28,601 nucleotides of DNA from assembly GCA_018650165.1 (NCBI GenBank), contig JABIGM010000003.1:1-28601 (forward strand), given 5' to 3'. The notes beneath the pieces are model-generated. The model had not been told where the DNA came from, ran no database searches, and worked only from the letters and a program-made list of their open reading frames with translations. Below are positions 26,709 to 28,601 of the stretch, piece after piece. How positions within the stretch are numbered: the stretch's first letter is position 1; each line of letters starts with the position of its first letter. Source of the stretch: Methanobacteriota archaeon. GTDB lineage: Archaea; Thermoplasmatota; Poseidoniia; Poseidoniales; Poseidoniaceae. The translations under genes and the position numbers were made by a program.

Positions 26709-26834
26709 ATGCAGACCAAAGTCAAGTGTAAGTGTGGGGCAGAAAGCGATGTTTCCGGCGCCACACCCCGCCTCGGCGGCGTAGACGTTTATTGTACCGT
26801 TTGTGGCACCGTCACTAATCACGATATAGTCTGA
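26709..26834 (+). CDS. 41-aa zinc-finger microprotein (CxC...CxxC), below the ORF-track cutoff
   Basis: Manual translation: MQTKVKCKCGAESDVSGATPRLGGVDVYCTVCGTVTNHDIV*; same strand as and 41 nt after the trm5-like gene. Confidence 0.65.
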   Translation: MQTKVKCKCGAESDVSGATPRLGGVDVYCTVCGTVTNHDIV

Positions 26835-26958
26835 AACACCGTTATTCCGCCATTTAGATGGTATAACACTCGCAGCAGCGGCCATGGACCAGTTCATGCC
26901 AGCAGACGAGTGAAATTATTCACTTTAATCTAATTTGATACACCCTAACGGGACTTTG

Positions 26959-26996
26959 CCCTCATCGAGAGTTCGCTCTCGGTGGGGGTTTTTTTT
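26959..26996 (+). terminator. Stem-loop plus T8 tract (intrinsic-terminator-like)
   Basis: CCCTCATCGAGAG-TTCG-CTCTCGGTGGGGG: 13-bp stem (2 G-U pairs) followed by 8 T (26989-26996). Confidence 0.75.
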
Positions 26997-27015
26997 CGTT
27001 CAAAGTAATGCACGA

Positions 27016-28041
27016 TTATAACAAGACTTCTTCAGATTCTTCTCGCTTAATTGCTACTACGATTGCAGATAGAACGAGAATTTCCACTATACCTGCTGGG
27101 TACGGTAGGAAAGACGACTCATCCTCCCCCCCTTCAACTTCCTTTACAGATTCATCCGTATAATCTTCAATCATAATCATGGCCCAATCCAAATCTCTTG
27201 GTAAGTCCGCAGTAAGGTATTCATGCCCACCCGCATTTATTAAGAAATCATCTTCTAGCCTAATACCAAACCAATCGGGGTGATATATACCCGGTTCAAC
27301 CGTCACAGCGTCATAAATCATCAACGGTTGCTCATTGTAACTTAATCCAAATAACGGGTCCGACGAACCACTTGAAAGCAACGGAGGCTCGTGAACACAA
27401 ACTCCAAATCCATGACCTAGGCTGTGAATAAACAAATCACCATACCCCTGTTCGGTGATATGAGTTCGGGCAATATCATCGGGAACCCAAGCGGGTGTGC
27501 CAGCTTCAATCACAGGGAATGTTAGATTCTGGGCATCATAGACAGCCATGTATGAAGAAATGATAGTTGCATTTGTTGTTCCACCAACAATGTAGGTTCG
27601 AGTAACATCGCTAACCCAGTCGTTAACGCGAGCGCCTAAATCGACAACAACAACATCACCAACCTCTACAATTTTAGGGCCAGCACCCCTATTGTCTGGG
27701 TCGCCATGAGGTATTGCTCCATTTGGCCCAGAGGCAACAATTGTGTCGAACGACGGCCAATCTGGGTTTGAACCGTTTTCAATCATCGATCTGTCAATTT
27801 CATCTGCAATCTGCCTTTCAGTAAGTTCAACGCCTGTTAATACGCGCCATAATTGGAAGCGGGCAACTTCTTGACCAATAGAAGCAATTCGATTTGTTTC
27901 ACGAATCGACTCATCTTTGTCAGGAGATATGCCCGTCGGAGAAGGGAACCAGCCGTTTAGTGCCCTTTCGACCTCTGTTTCACACGCTGCAACCATTGGA
28001 CTCACCAAAATGAGTACGAACAGGTATGCTATTGCGCGCAT
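27016..28041 (-). CDS. M24 (Xaa-Pro aminopeptidase-like) metallopeptidase with signal peptide and C-terminal TM anchor
   Basis: AIPHG, DLGA, SDVTRT, HSLGHGFG..VHE, VEPGIY and GIRLEDD metal/substrate motifs; N-terminal signal; C-terminal LPYP plus hydrophobic helix plus KR. Confidence 0.9.
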   Translation of the reverse strand: MRAIAYLFVLILVSPMVAACETEVERALNGWFPSPTGISPDKDESIRETNRIASIGQEVARFQLWRVLTGVELTERQIADEIDRSMIENGSNPDWPSFDTIVASGPNGAIPHGDPDNRGAGPKIVEVGDVVVVDLGARVNDWVSDVTRTYIVGGTTNATIISSYMAVYDAQNLTFPVIEAGTPAWVPDDIARTHITEQGYGDLFIHSLGHGFGVCVHEPPLLSSGSSDPLFGLSYNEQPLMIYDAVTVEPGIYHPDWFGIRLEDDFLINAGGHEYLTADLPRDLDWAMIMIEDYTDESVKEVEGGEDESSFLPYPAGIVEILVLSAIVVAIKREESEEVLL

Positions 28042-28112
28042 GATTACCCCTATTCCTCTTCATTGAAGAATGATTCGTAGGGCCAAGATAAGCATTCAGT
28101 ACATCTTTTAGG

Positions 28113-28184
28113 CGCCCGTGCCGGGAATCGAACCCGGGTCGAGGCATCGACAACGCCTCATGATAACCGCTACACCACACGGGC
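28113..28184 (-). tRNA. tRNA-Asp (GTC)
   Basis: GCCCGTG/CACGGGC acceptor stem, AGGCG/TGCCT anticodon stem with loop TT-GTC-GA, CCGGG-TTCGATT-CCCGG T arm, G73 discriminator; no intron; followed by CC but not the terminal A. Confidence 0.95.
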
Positions 28185-28208
28185 AGCAAGTCGCCGAGTA
28201 ACAACCGC

Positions 28209-28216
28209 TATTTAAG
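28209..28216. promoter_or_regulatory. TATA-box-like element, possibly bidirectional
   Basis: CTTAAATA on the minus strand ends 25 nt upstream of the tRNA 5' end; reads TATTTAAG on the plus strand about 32 nt before GTG 28248. Confidence 0.55.
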
Positions 28217-28247
28217 CCGCGCTCTGTGGCCCCAACGGGGAGAGAAC

Positions 28248-28601
28248 GTGAGCGGTCCAAAAACGTCAGCAAAGAAGGCTCGAGAGGATGCCGAAAACGC
28301 TGCAGCAGATGATATGTTTGGGGGAGCGTTTGATGGCCTTGAAGGGCCGACTCCACCCATTGAAGAAGAAGTTGCAGAAATCGAAACACCAAACGAAGAG
28401 GCAAACGAATCTGAACCAATAGCCGAAGAGCCCCAAGATGAAATTTCTACTGACACTATCGAAGAGACCGAAGAAGTATCAGAGCCAACAACTCCTCCCT
28501 CTGGACCTCCAAGCGGCCCACCCTCTGGACCTCCAAGCGGCCCACCCTCTGGACCTCCAAGCGGCCCACCCTCCGGCCCTCTGTCACCCCCTCCTAACCA
28601 G
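28248..28601 (+). CDS. Acidic, Pro/Ser/Gly-repeat low-complexity protein, truncated by window edge
   Basis: GTG 28248 after GGGGAGAG; open to the window end: MSGPKTSAKKAREDAENAAADDMFGGAF...EEVSEPTTP(PSGP)x7... Confidence 0.75.
   Translation, partial: MSGPKTSAKKAREDAENAAADDMFGGAFDGLEGPTPPIEEEVAEIETPNEEANESEPIAEEPQDEISTDTIEETEEVSEPTTPPSGPPSGPPSGPPSGPPSGPPSGPPSGPLSPPPNQ
28497..28568 (+). repeat. Exact 3 x 24-nt tandem repeat encoding (PSGPPSGP)3
   Basis: CCCTCTGGACCTCCAAGCGGCCCA at 28497, 28521 and 28545, plus a degenerate half unit at 28569-28580; in frame with the CDS. Confidence 0.95.

Noticed and set aside
26697-26897. 66-aa minus-strand ORF in the track
   Set aside because: Featureless antisense shadow of the more convincing plus-strand zinc-finger microprotein.
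26884-26913. 9-codon ORF MDQFMPADE
   Set aside because: Too short, no SD and no other support.
26940-26990. RNase P RNA (minus strand reads GAGGGCAAAGTCC after a hairpin)
   Set aside because: Imperfect match to GAGGAAAGUCC, and no 3' P4 strand or other conserved regions were found.
28042-28184. Integrated element at tRNA-Asp
   Set aside because: No integrase, no duplicated tRNA 3' end and no compositional shift; only about 70 nt separate it from the next gene.
203-28456. The many 60-170 aa ORFs overlapping larger genes on the opposite strand or in other frames
   Set aside because: Shadow ORFs with no motifs or SD, nested in well-supported genes.
28497-28580. CRISPR array
   Set aside because: The 24-nt repeats are directly adjacent without spacers and are in-frame coding sequence.

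Overview
28.6-kb gene-dense archaeal core-genome window. Gene content, GGTGA-type Shine-Dalgarno sites and the exported peptidases suggest Thermoplasmatota, most likely Marine Group II / Ca. Poseidoniales (inference, no database search run). It holds about 29 CDS (two cut by the window edges) and one tRNA-Asp(GTC), with no transposon, CRISPR array or prophage. Housekeeping genes: rpl18a-pfdA-ftsY, pyrF, dph5, trm5-like, a beta-CASP RNase, GGGP synthase and GGR-family reductases. Three exported peptidases/hydrolases (S8, S15/CocE, M24) fit a protein-scavenging lifestyle. Highlights: (1) a two-gene operon of a MamK/salactin-like actin (not a classical MreB) and a 430-aa coiled-coil protein, with no magnetosome genes in the window; (2) a putative replication origin at about 2490-2815, with ORB-like boxes and an 86% AT segment but no adjacent cdc6/orc1, 1.6-4 kb from that operon, so together they may be an undescribed archaeal cytoskeletal or DNA-segregation module; (3) a ferredoxin / half-size GGR-like / GGGP-synthase lipid cluster; (4) a tail-anchored pseudo-receiver; (5) an unannotated 41-aa zinc-finger microprotein followed by a strong hairpin and T8 tract; (6) a bacterial-type GSII and a URA3-like PyrF lacking the phosphate-gripper Arg. 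All family assignments come from reading motifs and from remembered consensus sequences.
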